Source: Mobula hypostoma
Taxonomy: Eukaryota
Length of the DNA stretch: 64,000 nt
Assembly: GCF_963921235.1 (NCBI RefSeq)
Contig: NC_086108.1
Span: 79,610,001-79,674,000 of the forward strand
Direction: 5' to 3'
In this document: in pieces, positions 51,361 through 64,000 of the stretch
Layout of the letters: the number at the start of each line of letters is the position of its first letter
How positions within the stretch are numbered: position 1 is the stretch's first letter
Program-made: the position numbers and the translations under genes
Notes under the pieces: generated by a model
Told to the model about the DNA's origin: nothing
The model's input: the letters and a program-made list of their open reading frames with translations, nothing else
The model's database searches: none

Positions 51361-52570
51361 CATAGTTGTCTGTGGCAATGGATTCCAGAGATTCACCACT
51401 CTCTAGCTTGAGAAATTCCTCTCATCTCTGTTCTTTGACATCCTTTGTCAGTCACGGTTGCCTCATTCTCCCTTTCCAATACTTCTTCATGTTTTGGATG
51501 TATCTATCCTGTGCCTTCTGAATTGCCCCCAGAAACTGCAGCCATTGCTGCTCTGCTGTCATTCTTGCTAGTATCCCCTTCCAGTCAGCTTTGGCCAGCT
51601 CCACTCTCACGCCCCTGTAAGCCCCTTCACTGCACAGTAATGCATTTGACTTTATCTTCTCCCTCTTAAACTGTAGGGTGAATTTTATCGTGCTATGATT
51701 ACTGCCTCCCAACAGTTCCTTTGATCCTCAGCTCCTTGATCAAATCTAGTTCATTACACAACACCCAATGCAGAATTGCCTTTCTACAAGCTGCTCTAAA
51801 AAGCAATTTTGTAGGCATTCTACAAATTCCCTCTGTTGGGATCGGGCACAACCTGATTTTCCCAATCTACCTGCACTTTGAAACCCCATTACTATCGTAA
51901 CTTTGTTCTTATTGCATGCCCTTTCTATTTCCCATTCAAATTTATATCCAACATCCTGGCTACTTTTGGGGACTTTTTACCCTTGCAGTTTCTTAACTCT
52001 AGCCACAGAGATTCTACATCTTCTGATTTCTATGTCACCTCTTTCTGAGTGTTTGATTTCAGCTTTTACCAACTCCCTTTACCTATCTGCCTGTCGTTTC
52101 AATACAAGGTGCATTCTTGAATGTTAAGCTCCCAACCATGATATTCTTTCAGCCGCGTCTGTGATGCCCACACATCATATCGGCCAATCTCTATCTGCGC
52201 TACAAGATAATCTATTTTATTCTTTATACTGAGTGCATTGAAAACTAACACCTTCAGTCCTGTATTCATCACCCTTTTTGATTTTGCCTCCATGTTCACC
52301 TCATACCATTGCCTGCTATTTTGCCCTATCATCTGCTGTCCTTCCTCACAGTCTCATTACACACTACATCAACTTGTATACCAACTGCTCCATCCACAGC
52401 TCTTGCACTCCGATCCCCATCCCGGTACCCATCCCCTTGCTAATTTAGTTTAAACCCTCCCCAAGAGCTCTAGCAAACCTGCCTGCAGGAATATTGGTCC
52501 CCTCAAGTTTGAGTGTAACCCGTCCTTTTTGTACAGGTCCTACCTTCCCTAGAAGAAATCCCAACGAGTT
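51361..52570 (-). mobile_element. CR1 fragments (3' piece joined to EN region)
   Basis: VVNLWNPLPQ; ELAKADWKG; LKVLVFNALSIKNKIDYL; WELNIQ. Confidence 0.8.
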
Positions 52571-52590
52571 CCTCAGCCACTCATTCATCT

Positions 52591-54295
52591 TGTTACATAC
52601 TTCATGGATATCTTGTGACTGTCTTATGAGGATGATGTAATGATCTTGCGGAGGTCACATGATGTAATTTTCCCGCCGATATGAGGTCACGTGATGACCT
52701 GTTGTCACCAGGTATATATAAGGGTAGACCCTGGTGATGCAGTTAGTTTTCCCAGTTGAGTTTTAAGTTTAGTTCGTCAGTTACTCCATATTGCTGCGTA
52801 GTTTTTTTATGATGCAGTTTCGATTGAAAACGGAGTTTTCCTTTCTACTTTAAGGTGCAAAGATATTGCCGGCAGTTTCATAAATTGCTGCCAGCTTTGT
52901 CGGTATATCTTTGATTTACCTTTTCAGTAGTATTGGAGAGTGAAGACGGGAACCTGAAGGGGTCGTTCGGCAATTTTGGTGAGGATCAACCATTATTGAA
53001 TTCGTTCAAATAAGAGTGATCTACATGAGATAACCTCTGCTAAAAGCAGCAGAAAAGGTTGTGCAGTATCTCGTCTATTCTACAGAGGAAAAGGTCAGTG
53101 CCTTTAAACTGTTTTATTTCCATCGTTGTGAGTCCTGCGGACAAGGCAGATTCCAGCTGGGATCAACAGTAACATCACGTCTTCAAGGAATTCTTTACTT
53201 CAGGAAAGTCTCTCCTAATTGACTGTATAAATCTCTTGGACTTTCAAATTTACCATTCTAAGAACTGTATTCCAATTTACCACTTTAATACTGTGTTCGC
53301 ATTTACCGCTTTAAGAGTTTAATACTGACAAGTGTGAGGTATTGCACGTTGGAAGGACAAACCAATGTAGAACATACAGGGTTAATGGTAAGGCACTGAG
53401 GAGTGCAGTGGAACAGAGGGATCTGGGAATACAGATACAAAATTCCCTAAAAGTATCGTCACAGGTAGATAGGGTCGTAAAGAGAGCTTTTGGTACATTG
53501 GCCTTTATTAATCTAAGTATTGAGTATAAGAGCTGGAATGTTATGATGAGGTTGTATAAGGCATTGGTGAGGCCGAATCTGGAGTATTGTGTTCAGTTTT
53601 GGTCACCAAATTACAGGAAGGATATAAATAAGGTTGAAAGAGTGCAGAGAAGGTTTACAAGGATGTTGCCGGGACTTGAGAAACTCAGTTACAGAGAAAG
53701 GTTGGATAGGTTAGGACTTTATTCCCTGGAGCGTAGAAGGATGAGGGAAGATTTGATAGAGGTATATAAAATTATGATGGGTATAGATACAGTGAATGCA
53801 AGCAGGCTTTTTCCACTGAGGCAAGGGGAGAAAAAAACCAGAGGACATGGGTTAAGAGTGAGGGGGGAAAAATTTAAAGGGAACATTAGAGGGGGCTTCT
53901 TCACACAGAGAGTGGTGGGAGTATGGAATGAGCTGCCAGATGAGGTAGTAAATGCGGGTTCTTTTTTAACATTTAAGAATAAATTGGACAGGTACATGGA
54001 TGGGAGGTGTATGGAGGGATATGGTCTGTGTGCAGGTCAGTGGGACTAGGCAGAAAATGGTTCGGCACAGCCAAGAAGGGCCAAAGGGCCTGTTTCTGTG
54101 CTGTAGTTTCTATGGTTCTATGGTTCTAACTAGTACTGAGTTTGGCAGTTTGTTAAATGGCCGCATAGCAGTTTACTTCCGGTTAAGGTTTTTGTTTGTT
54201 TATCTTTTTACTAATTTTGAGCAGTGTTTAATAAATGTTTGTTTGTTTATAAAACCTGACTCATTTCTATATTCATTGTTGCCGGTCATGTATCA
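52591..54295 (+). mobile_element. Probable solo LTR interrupted by a young CR1
   Basis: Starts TGTTACA and ends TGTATCA; TATATAA near 52715; AATAAA at ~54230; CpG retained; no coding remnants; TSD ambiguous. Confidence 0.6.
53315..54128 (+). mobile_element. Young 5'-truncated CR1 with uninterrupted 235-aa ORF2 C-terminus
   Basis: ORF 53342-54049 (LYKALVRPNLEYCVQFWSP, TRGHGL, FFTQRVVGVWNELP); (TTCTATGG)n tail. Confidence 0.93.
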
Positions 54296-54299
54296 TCTT

Positions 54300-55910
54300 G
54301 TAAAGCTGCAACATAACTTCCCAACTCTTGAATTCAGTTCCTCGACCAATAAAAGCAATCATACCATATGCCTTCTTTACTATCCCATTAAACTACGTAG
54401 TCACTGTCAGCAGCTGCGGACTTGGACCGCAAAACCTTCCTGCTCATCAACAGGTCTTGCCGTGAGCAGTGTACTGTCTCTTTGCATTTGATCTCCCAAG
54501 TGCAACACTTCACATTAATCAGGCCATACTCCAACTGCCATTTCTCTGGCTATATAAGACCATAAAACATAGAACAGCAGATTTAGGTCATTGGGCACAT
54601 TGAGTCTGCACCACCATTCCACCATGACTGCTCAACCCTGTTCTCCTGCCTTCTCCCCGTAATCTCTGATGGCTAACAAATCAAGAACCTATCAACCTCT
54701 GCTTTAAATATACTCAATGACTTTGTCTTCAGAGTTGTCTATGGCAATGAATTCCAGATTCCCCACCCTCTGGCTGAAGAAATTCCTCTTCATCTCTGTT
54801 CTAAATGGCTCTGCCCTCTGGTCCTAGGTTCACTCACTACAGGAAACAACTTCTCCACATCCACTCTATCTAAGCCTTTCAATATTAGATAGGTTTCAAT
54901 GAGATCCCATCCTCCCCCTCATTCTTCTAAACTCAAGCAAGTACAGGCCCGGAGCGATCAAAAGCTCCTCCTATTTTAACGCTTTCATTCCCACATCATT
55001 CTTGTGAATTTCTTCTATATCCTCTTCAAAGCCAGCACATCTTAAATAAGGGACCCAAAACATCTCACAATACTGCAAGTGTTGTCTGACCAATGCCTTA
55101 TAAAGCCTCAACATTACATCCTTGCTTTTATATTCTTTTCCTCTTAAAAAGAATTCTAATATTGCATTTGCCTTCCTTTCCACTAACTCAACCTGTCTGT
55201 TAACCTTTCAGGAATCCTGCACAACAACTTCCAAGTCCCTTTGCACTTCTGATTTTTGAATTTTCTCCCCATTTAAACGATAGTCTATGCCTTTATTTCT
55301 TTAACCAAAGTGCATGACCATACACTTCCCTATGCTGTATATCATCTGACACTTTTTTGCCCATTCTCTCAATATAAGCCCTTCTGCAGACTCCCTGCTT
55401 CCTTAACACTACCTGCTCTTCCACCTACCTTTGTATCATCCACAAACTCTGCCACAAAGCCATCAATTCCACCATCCAAACTATTGACATATAAGCTGAA
55501 AAGAAGCAGTCCCAATACTGGCCCCGGCAGAACACCAGAAGTCACTGACAACATACCAGAAAATGATCTATATCCCACTGTATATTTTGCAAGTCTTCTG
55601 TGCTATCCACAACACCAACAACCTTTATTTTGTCTGCAGACTTACTCACCCACTCATCTGCATTATCATCCAAATCACTCATATATGTCACCAACAGCAG
55701 AGGTCCCAGTGTGAGTCCCTGCGGAATGCCACTAGTCATAAATCTCTAGCCAGGATAAGTCCCATTAACCACTAGCCTCTGTCCTCTATGGGCAAGCCAA
55801 TTCTGAATCAAATTGGCCAATAGATCCCATAAATCTTAACACCTTACTAAAGTCCATGTAGACAATATACACAGCTATACCTTCATCAATAACCCTTTTC
55901 ACCTCTGAAT
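54300..55910 (-). mobile_element. Nested CR1 RT fragments (inner copy ~54555-55548)
   Basis: Inner copy has TAAGACCATAA tail and VTSGVLPGPVLG, FVDDTK; outer copy has TSGIPQGLTLGPLL, SADKIK. Confidence 0.8.
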
Positions 55911-56408
55911 TAGATTCATCACCTTAAGCACTGAAGCAGCTGATTAGGCCCTTGGATACTTCAGGGGAACTCCTGCATGATTGAATTCTAATGATCACAG
56001 CCGTTTTTCTTTGCACGAAGTCTTCCATCTTGCTGCCTATCGACCTCAGTTTTACCAAGACTCCTTGACATTGCAGTCAATTAAAGTTGCCTTGATGCCA
56101 AGGACATAAATTCCTGGTTCATCACTAGAATCTGGAGTTGCAAGAGTTGGAAGAACTCAAACTGACCAAAGATAATACTATTAACAATACCTCCAATCAT
56201 GAAAGTAGATGGCATGCTAATCAATAGGGGTAGATATGTTCTGTTTTATTGTGGGCGGAACACACCTGAAGAATCATTGCAATTGTATTGGAACGGCTTT
56301 GTCAGTGGTATGGTTCATTCTGTAGTCCTACAGACTTTACTTTAATCTTTTTCATGATACCATGTGGAATGAAAAGAAATTTTTTTAGTCTGGCTCGGTT
56401 ACGATAGG

Positions 56409-56966
56409 TTGTACCATGGAGAGCATTCTGACAGGCTGCATCACTGTCAGGTATGTACTACACAGGACCGAAAGAAGCAGCAAAAGGTTGTAAATCTAGT
56501 CAGCTCCATCTTGGGCACTACCCTACAAAGTACCCAGGACATCTTTAGGGAGTGGTGTCTCAGAAAGGCAGCGTCCATTATTGAGGACCTCAGGCACCCA
56601 GGGCATGCCTTTTTCTCACTGTTACCATCAGGTAGGAGATACAGAAGCCTGAAGACACACACTCAGTGATTCAGGAACACCTTCTTCCCCTCCGCCATCC
56701 GATTCCTAAATGGACATTGAATCTTTGGACATTACCTCACTTTTTTTTTTATGTACAGTATTTCTGGTTTCGCACATTTTAAAAAATCTATTCAATATAT
56801 GTAGTTGATTTACTTGTTTATTTATTTATTTTATTTTATTTATTATTATTATTATTACTATTATTATTATTTTCTCTGCTAGATTATGTATTGCATTAAA
56901 CTGCTGTGGCTAAGTTAACAAATTTCACATTGCATGCCGATGATAATAAACCTGATTCTGATTCTG
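56409..56966 (+). mobile_element. Rex1/Babar-like 3' fragment with (ATT)n tract
   Basis: ESILTGCIT...HPGHAFFSLLPSGRRYRSLKTHTQ; tail AATAAACCTGATTCTGATTCTG; closely similar to 15535-16080. Confidence 0.82.
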
Positions 56967-57558
56967 AAACTCAGGAGAAAGTGAGATGGATCAACCGTTT
57001 GGTACTTCTGGATGAATATATCTCAGACTTGTCTTCAACACTCACAAGGGCTTTTCCTTAAAGTTTTTCCTCCTGGTTACAGTTTAATTGTTCACTATCA
57101 TTCACAACCAGGTTGGGAGGGCTATAGGATTTTGATCTGATCCATTTGTTGTGAGATCAGTTGGCCCTGCCTGTTGCATGTCGTTCTGTGTTCCTGTAGC
57201 CTGCTGTTGCAAGTTTGGTATCTCATTCCCTTGTGCATGTTTCTTTGCTGCTGCTGGTCTGGCCTTCTGAACTCATTGAACTCGGGCTGTTTCATTGGTA
57301 AGACTGTAATGGTAGAGTGATGAGTATCGCAGACGGATACTGTTGATTGTGGAGGTACACATTTTGGCAGCTGACGCTGGTCGTCCAGGTTTGAGGTGTC
57401 TAATGCACTAAGCATAATGGTGTCCTTGGTGTGAAGACAGGACTTTGTCTCCATGAGGACCAGCAGTTTTGTTAATGCTGATGTGGGTGAAGGCATCTGT
57501 AGAAGGTAGATTAGGGAGAATGAGGTTGAAGACATTTATCCTTTACTTCATGTGCTCA

Positions 57559-57801
57559 ACTTGTGTTGGGCACGTGGCCAAGTGGTTAAGGCGCTCGTCT
57601 AGTGATCAGAAGGTCGCTAGTTTGAGCCTCAGCTGTGGCAGCATGTTTGTGTCGTTGAGCAAGCCACTTAACCACACATTGCTCTAATGTCTGTGCAAGG
57701 AGTGGCGCCCCACACAGACTTCCAATCTGAGCCTTTTAAGGCATGAAAATGCCCGACACAGGCCTCTCATGGTCTGAGTCAACGTTCCCTCCCTCCCTCT
57801 G
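57559..57801 (+). mobile_element. tRNA-derived SINE with CORE-like central segment
   Basis: A box TGGCCAAGTGG, B-box-like GTTTGAGCC, segment TGTGTCGTTGAGCAAGCCACTTAACC, (CCCT)n tail; exact TSD ATGTGCTCA at 57550-57558 and 57802-57810. Confidence 0.82.
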
Positions 57802-58214
57802 ATGTGCTCACTGCCTGCTGCAAACTCCGCCTTGAAGCTGTGCCTTTCTGTACTGGGAGCTACAAGCAGCTATTCATGAAGGATATGCTGAAGTCCTCTG
57901 CAAATACTAGCAATGCCCTCAATGCTTCTGTCCAGCTGATGCTATGAGACATTATGAAATCTAGAGACAGTATTAAAGACTTCCAGGCTTACTCCCTCTC
58001 AGCTGAGTATCACTTGTCTCTTTGGCGAATCCCTCTCACCCATAGGAGGAAACATGCCAATACTGGGGGTGAGAGGAGTGTCTATAAGCAGTCATTCTGT
58101 CATTCCATGAATGTTTCTCAATCAGGCTGTCACTTGATTAAGATACAAGGAACTTTAAACCTGTTCTACCTTGATTATTCTTATTTTCATGTTTACTTAG
58201 TTGTATATAAAATA

Positions 58215-58705
58215 AAACAAGAGAGGAGGTTCACAAGGATGTTTCCAAAATGAAGGGGTTAACATATGAGGAACATTTGGCAGCTTTGGGCCTGTGCTCA
58301 CTGGAATTTAGAACAATGCATGGGGATCTCATTGAAACCTACTGACTGTTGAAAGGACCAGATAGGGTGGATGTGGAGAGGATGTTTCCTGTGGTGGGGA
58401 TATCCAGAGTTAGAGGACACAGCCTCAAAATTGAGAGATGACCTTTTAGAACAGAAGTATGGAGGATTTTTTTTAGACCGAGTGGTGAATCTGTGGAATG
58501 CTCTATCACAGACTGCAGTGGAGGCCAAGTTCGTGGGTATATTCAAAGCATAAGTTGAGTTTCCTGATAGGTCAGGGCATCAAGGGATATGGTGAGGGGG
58601 CAGGTGTGTGGTGTTGAATGCAATCTGGGATCAGCCATGATGAAATGGCAGAGCGGACTCGATGGGCTGAATGGCCTAATTGTGCTCCTATGTCTTATGG
58701 TCTTA
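58215..58705 (+). mobile_element. CR1 3' fragment
   Basis: RRFTRMFP, RVVNLWNAL, tail TGTCTTATGGTCTTA. Confidence 0.85.
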
Positions 58706-58709
58706 CGAT

Positions 58710-59100
58710 CATTGAAACATGGACAAAGAGGAGCAGGAACATGCCCTGCAATGCTCTGAGCTTGCTCCACCATTTCAATACAGTCAGGGCTGACCATCCA
58801 TCTTACTACAATGTTCCCATCTCTCTTTTCCACACACTCCTTGTTGCCTTTTGTGTCGAAACAGCTGTCTGTCTTCTTAAATATATCCAGTGACTTGGCC
58901 TCCACCACCTTCTGTGGATGGAAATTCTCTGAGCAAAGGAATTTCTCCCCCTTTGAGTCCTAAATTCTTATTCTTATATCCTAAGATGTGACCCCTGTTT
59001 CTTGACTCCCAGCCTGGGGAAACATACTGACAGCATGTCAAATCCTGTCAATATTTAATATGTTTCAAGGAGATCTCTTATTCTTCTAAACTCTAATTTT
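58710..59100 (-). mobile_element. Old CR1 3' end, tail-to-tail with the previous copy
   Basis: GAGGAGCAGGA terminal motif; VVEAKSLDIFK on the minus strand. Confidence 0.65.
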
Positions 59101-59249
59101 TATGGGTTGGCTGACCTCTCTTTCTTCATGTCATCCTGGGAAATACAACCCTTCCCATTGCAAGTCATGGTGGTCTCATAGAGCGCAACATCAACCCAAC
59201 TCCAGTTACATCTCTTCTTGTCAGCACGTGTCTACATCAAGCTCGAAGC

Positions 59250-59976
59250 ATTCTGTAGCAATATGACCTTCTTTGGTTTCATAAAACAAAAGCCACCTCA
59301 ATAGCTATGCTAAACGATAACTTTTCACCAAGTTAGGGGCAGACTTTGTTATCAACCTTGACATCTAAAAAGGGATTTGAAGTGGTCCAAACACATTTCA
59401 CACAGGTGGGAAAGGTTTCACTGCTACCGTAATGGTCTTTCTGTAGAAGCAGTGTTTGGGTTATGGTTAGAGATAACGGGTGCTTACGAATGTGAACCAT
59501 CCAATGAAGGGAGTGTGTGTTTTCGTGTTGTGTGCCTGACACCGAGGTGAGCTGGGTCTTTTGTTTGGCAGGAGATGAAGGGAGAAGACGCCGGAGAGAA
59601 GAGGTCATAGGACTCGAGTCGGAGCGGGGCCATAATCCAACGGAGCCTGGGGAAATCAAAGGAGGATCGGCGAAGGGGAAACCGTGAGCTCCAACTTGTG
59701 CACATTAGACTGTTTCATTAAAATGGGCCCTTTTTTTTTGCTTTATCTTTACTAATCCTTTAGTCAAATTAAGAACTATAAAGCCAAATCCTTTATTTGT
59801 ATGTGGTGTGCTGTCTGTTATTTTGTAGTTGTTAGTTGTAACAGGGTAATGAATCATGCAGGATCCACACAAACAGGGGATTTCGGGGTGGGCTCGCACC
59901 TCAATCTCATACATTTGGCGGGGGCAGAGATGGTCATCCCTAGACTTACGCAGCCGATAGAACCAGAGTGTTTCAT
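59250..59976 (+). mobile_element. Possible LTR-like repeat
   Basis: CpG-retaining non-coding block from TGTAGCA to TGTTTCA; no TSD confirmed. Confidence 0.3.
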
Positions 59977-61779
59977 AGGATATTCACATTTCACTAGAAT
60001 ATTGCCTGACTTCCATCTTTTTGCTTGTATTGCTCAAGATTTCCAGTACCTGCAGAATCTCTTGCATTTATCTCACAGAATATTTACAACTAGTAGAGGA
60101 CACACTATTCTATTGATCTAAAATGTATTTGGATTCAATGTGTTGAAAGGTTAACTACCAGCTTCAATATCTCTGTTTCTTCCAATTTTGCAGAAATGTT
60201 TTTTTTTTAAAAAGCCATGCATTTGTTGTGCGTCTGGTGTTAAAGGGGGTAGCTAAAGAAAGTAGGCCGTCTAATTTCAACAGATTTTGTTTACATGACC
60301 TTGTTAAGTACATTCTTTCCCAATTTATGTTGGTCTTAATACAGTATATCTCCTCAGAATTTGGAAGACAAGCTTTGTGGAATTCTCCCCAGTTTTCCAA
60401 ACTTCCGGGTCCTATTTTGAGTTTCGTGATATTCATCCAATATGAGAACTACTGAAAAAATATTACCCATTATTCAAAAATGGAGGACAAACCTAATATG
60501 CTTAAAACATATGCTTCAACAGAAAAGGGTGGAACCCTTCATTGGCCTTGGCAGATGATGGATTGAACAAATCACTTCCAGAACGGCAGGGCCTGAAGGA
60601 CAACCATGTCTGTCAGTCAAAGTTGCTTCATGAAGACCACATAATGTAACAGATGACTCAGTGAACATTTTAAAATAATGCAAGCCATAGAGCTGGATTA
60701 AAAATTGATACAAAAGATCAAGTTGGCTGTAGGTCAGACAATGTGTTCCCAACAGAAAGATGAGACTTTAAGCATGTTCATCTCCTTAAGGTAGAGGTAA
60801 AATGTTTATTGAGGATTGTGCTATTAGTACAGTGGTAACCTTTTCATATTATTTCCAATCATTCTGTATTTCCCATCTTGAATGATTTTTTTTCCAGATT
60901 TTGATATTAATATTTGGGGAATTTGTAACAAGTCCATTGATCCCGCAATCTGTCCATTCTCTGTCTGGATTAGTCTTATTCTCACCACATTATCTGTACA
61001 CTTTTCGATCCCATTGAAATGTTTGGAGTGATTTGTTTTGAGCTGAATAAGGCTGGCTTTGACTTATTATCCACAGTTCCTAGTGCCTGCAATTATTGGG
61101 TCCTGTGTACAGGACTGATTGAGCATGCAGGAAACAACTGTTGGAGCCTTGGTGATAAATAGACCTCGGGTGGTGAGCTGCTGAGGCTAGGCCATTGGAA
61201 CCCCTTGTCGGCCTTTGTCAGCAGGCAATGAAGTTTTGGTTTCTGTCAAAGCTCTGCTAACAGCTTTTAACTTAAAATTGCTTTAAAGTAATATGTTGAA
61301 AGTCAATTAAAGACAGATTAAAGTACAAAGAAATAATTAAAACCATTGCAAGAAACAAAGTGGGAAGTAAATAACCTAGTTTTTTCTTTGAATCTCCATT
61401 CAAATGAATATAGACTCCAATTCTAGGCCATATTTGAAGAGGTGGATTCCCTAGTGTAATGAAGAAGAGTAGCAGATGCATCACGTCTGTCACTCAGTAT
61501 GTTTTGGGCCTGTGGTAGCTTTCTACAAGTTTGCAGTCTAGCACCGGTTAAATGTAAGCTGTTTCAAGCCAGAACAACCCTGCCCCGTCACTTTACTTCC
61601 ATTGTACCTTGCATTGCAATTGGGTGTGACAAGTGTATCAGAATTTGACAATAATTTTGCCTTGAGGACCTTCTTGTGATTAAAAAGACCAACTGGGCTA
61701 CTTCTCAGATGAGCATGTAAGGAATATCTGGGGCGAAGCTTGATTGCTGGAGAGTTTGTAGTAGTTGCAAACTTTTAGA

Positions 61780-62600
61780 ATTCATTTTCAGGACATAGCG
61801 ATTGCTGAGTGGGCCAGTTTTTATTGTCCATTAATAATTACTCCTGAGAAAGTCATGTTGAGCCAACTTCTTGAACTATGGTAGTCTTCCTGCTGTAGGT
61901 ACTTCCATATTGCTGTTACGAAGAGAGTGCCAGCATTGAGACCTAATGACGAGGAAGGAGTGGTGAAGTATTTCCAAGTCAGGATGATATATGACTCAGA
62001 GGTGGTGTATTCCTATGCTCCTGCTGTGCTTGTCATTGGTGGTAGAGTTTGCAGGCTTGGGTGGTGAGTAACTACAGTTCATTTTGTTGATTATACATTC
62101 TGTTGCCACGTACACAACTGTGGATGAAATGAATAAATATTCAGGACTTTTGATGGGTGTTAATCATGGCGGCTCCTTTGACGTTTAGTTTTTTGCATGT
62201 TGTGGGCACCACACTCAACCAGGCAAATGGAGTATATTCATTACACCCCTGACAAGCATAGTAAATGATGGAAAAGCCTGTCAGGAGGTTAGTCACTCAC
62301 CTTGGGAATCCCAGCCTCAGGTCTGCTCTTGTAGCCATGGTGTTGATGTGGCTGGTTTAGTTAAACTTTTGGTCAGTGGTAGCTGTCAGGATATTGATGC
62401 TAGGGACATCAAAATGAAATGGCTTTCCCATGGCCAAGGATAAGTGGTTAAACTCTCTCTTGCCAATGGCCATTGCCTGGCACCTTGGTGGCATAAATGT
62501 TACCTTCCATTTATCAGCCTGTGCCTAAATGTTTTCTGCAGGCAGGCGTAGGGTGCTTTACTAATCACAGAATTCAGAATGGAATTGGACATAAGAAGTC
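61780..62600 (-). mobile_element. Old unclassified LINE 3' fragment
   Basis: Minus strand DQKFN*TSHINTMATRADLRLGI remnants; similar to 18430-18960. Confidence 0.55.
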
Positions 62601-62919
62601 TATATGAAAAGCATCCAAGATATTTTCTGGATCACTATTTTGAGCAAAAGCTATTTTGCATTTTGTTTTGTGCAAATGAAAAAAGGTTAATTAATAAGAT
62701 TTTCAAGCAACCTTTGGGGAAAAGTGCCAATGATGGAATTTGACATTAATTTTGAAAGTGAAGTACATCAAATTTAAAGAAAGCTATGAAGGCACAAAAT
62801 GTGATTGACAGTGGCTGATAGGGAGAACATATGTAAGTATAATGGTGACCATTGTACGATGGCGGACAGGTGATTATGAATAAATAGCTAAAATATAAAT
62901 TTCTTTGACATGCAATTCC

Positions 62920-63978
62920 CTCAGTGTTCCCTCGGACCCTACAAGAGGTAAGTGCAGAAATTGTCGGGACCTAAGCAGAGATACTTAAAACATCCTTAGC
63001 GACAGGAGAGGTACCAGAAGATTGGAGGATAGCTAATGTTGTTCCGCTGTTTAAGAAAAGGCTCCAAACAGAAACCATGAAATTACAGGCTGGTGAGTCT
63101 GACATTAGTTTTGGGAAAGTCATTGGAAGGTATTCTAAGGGACTGGATATATAAGTATTTAGATAGACATAGACTGGTTAAGGATAGTCAGAATGGCTTT
63201 GTGCATGGCAGGTCATGTCTAACTAATCTTGCAGTTTTTCGAGGAAGTTACCAGGAAAATGGATGAAGGCAAGGTAGTGGATGTTTTCTACATGGACTTT
63301 GGTAACGCATTTGACAAGGTCCCAAATGGGAGGCTGGTCAAGCAACACACATCAAACTTGCTGGTGAATGCAGCAGGCCAGGCAGCATCTCTAGGAAGAG
63401 GTACAGTCGACGTTTTGGGCCGAGACCCTTCGTCCTGACATCTCGTCCCGAAACGTCAACTGTACCTCTTCCTAGAGATGCTGCCTGGCCTGCTGCGTTC
63501 ACCAGCAACTTTTATGTGTGTTGCTTGAAATTCCAGCATCTACAGATTTCCTCGTGGCTGGTTAAGAAGGTTCAGTCGCTCAGCATTCAGGATGAGGTAG
63601 TAAATTGAATTAGACATTGGCTTTGTGGGAGAACCTGGAGTGGTATTTGAAAGTTGCCTCTCTGACTTATGATTAGTGGTGTGCTGCAAGGATTGGTGCT
63701 GGGTTCATTGTCGTTTGTCATCTATATAATGATCTGGATGATATTGTGGTTAACTAGATCAGCAAATTTGCAGATTGCACGTAGATTTGGGGTGTAGTGG
63801 ACAGCAAGGAAGCTACCGTGACTTACAGAAGGATCTGCATCGGCTGGAAGAATAGGCTGAAAGATGGCAGATGGACCTTAATGCAGACAAGTGTGAGGTG
63901 TTGCACTTCGGTGGGCCTTAAACAGTGAATGGTAGGGAACTGAGGAGCGTTGTAGGACAAAGGGATCTGGGAATACAA
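62920..63978 (+). mobile_element. CR1 RT fragment interrupted by a PLE hairpin
   Basis: EVPEDWRIANVVPLFKK, YMDFGNAFDKVP, SGVLQGLVLG, ISKFAD; another PLE terminus appears to begin at ~63980. Confidence 0.87.
63343..63555. mobile_element. 213-bp fold-back Penelope-derived element
   Basis: About 85-bp inverted arms centred near 63433; TSD GGCTGGTCAAG (63332-63342) / GGCTGGTTAAG (63556-63566). Confidence 0.9.
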
Positions 63979-64000
63979 GTCGCAAACATGAGGAAATTTG

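Noticed and set aside
53248..53315. Short direct repeats that might suggest a CRISPR-like array
   Set aside because: Only three degenerate adjacent units without unique spacers, inside an LTR-like element in vertebrate DNA; no cas genes
57566..57640. tRNA-like sequence with A and B boxes
   Set aside because: No complete cloverleaf; it is the head of a SINE with body, tail and TSD

Overview
Eukaryotic (vertebrate) genomic DNA. The repeat complement (CR1-dominated, HE1/V-SINE-like SINEs, Penelope-like elements) suggests a cartilaginous fish, probably a ray; this is inference, not a database result. The only host gene recognised is the 3' end of ZSWIM5 on the + strand: an 82-bp penultimate exon (646-727) missed by the ORF track, an 11-kb intron, the last coding exon (11738-12600) and a ~1.8-kb 3' UTR. 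Nearly all other ORFs are pieces of transposable elements, often nested: CR1 LINEs (some with SGNH-esterase ORF1, two young uninterrupted copies), Penelope-like elements (PLEs), Rex1/Babar- and Tx1-like fragments, a decayed Gypsy element with both LTRs, PBS, PPT and TSD, a probable solo LTR, tRNA-derived SINEs and an 85-bp hAT-type MITE. The most interesting non-coding signal is a set of short PLE-derived inserts carrying minimal type I hammerhead ribozyme motifs. One has an intact core, two are fold-back hairpins with 11-14-bp TSDs, and three end at the same CAAG breakpoint. A second, different PLE family also carries a hammerhead core. No prokaryotic-type system (CRISPR, operon, rRNA) is present. 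Family names come from motif recognition by eye, and boundaries without a stated TSD are approximate.
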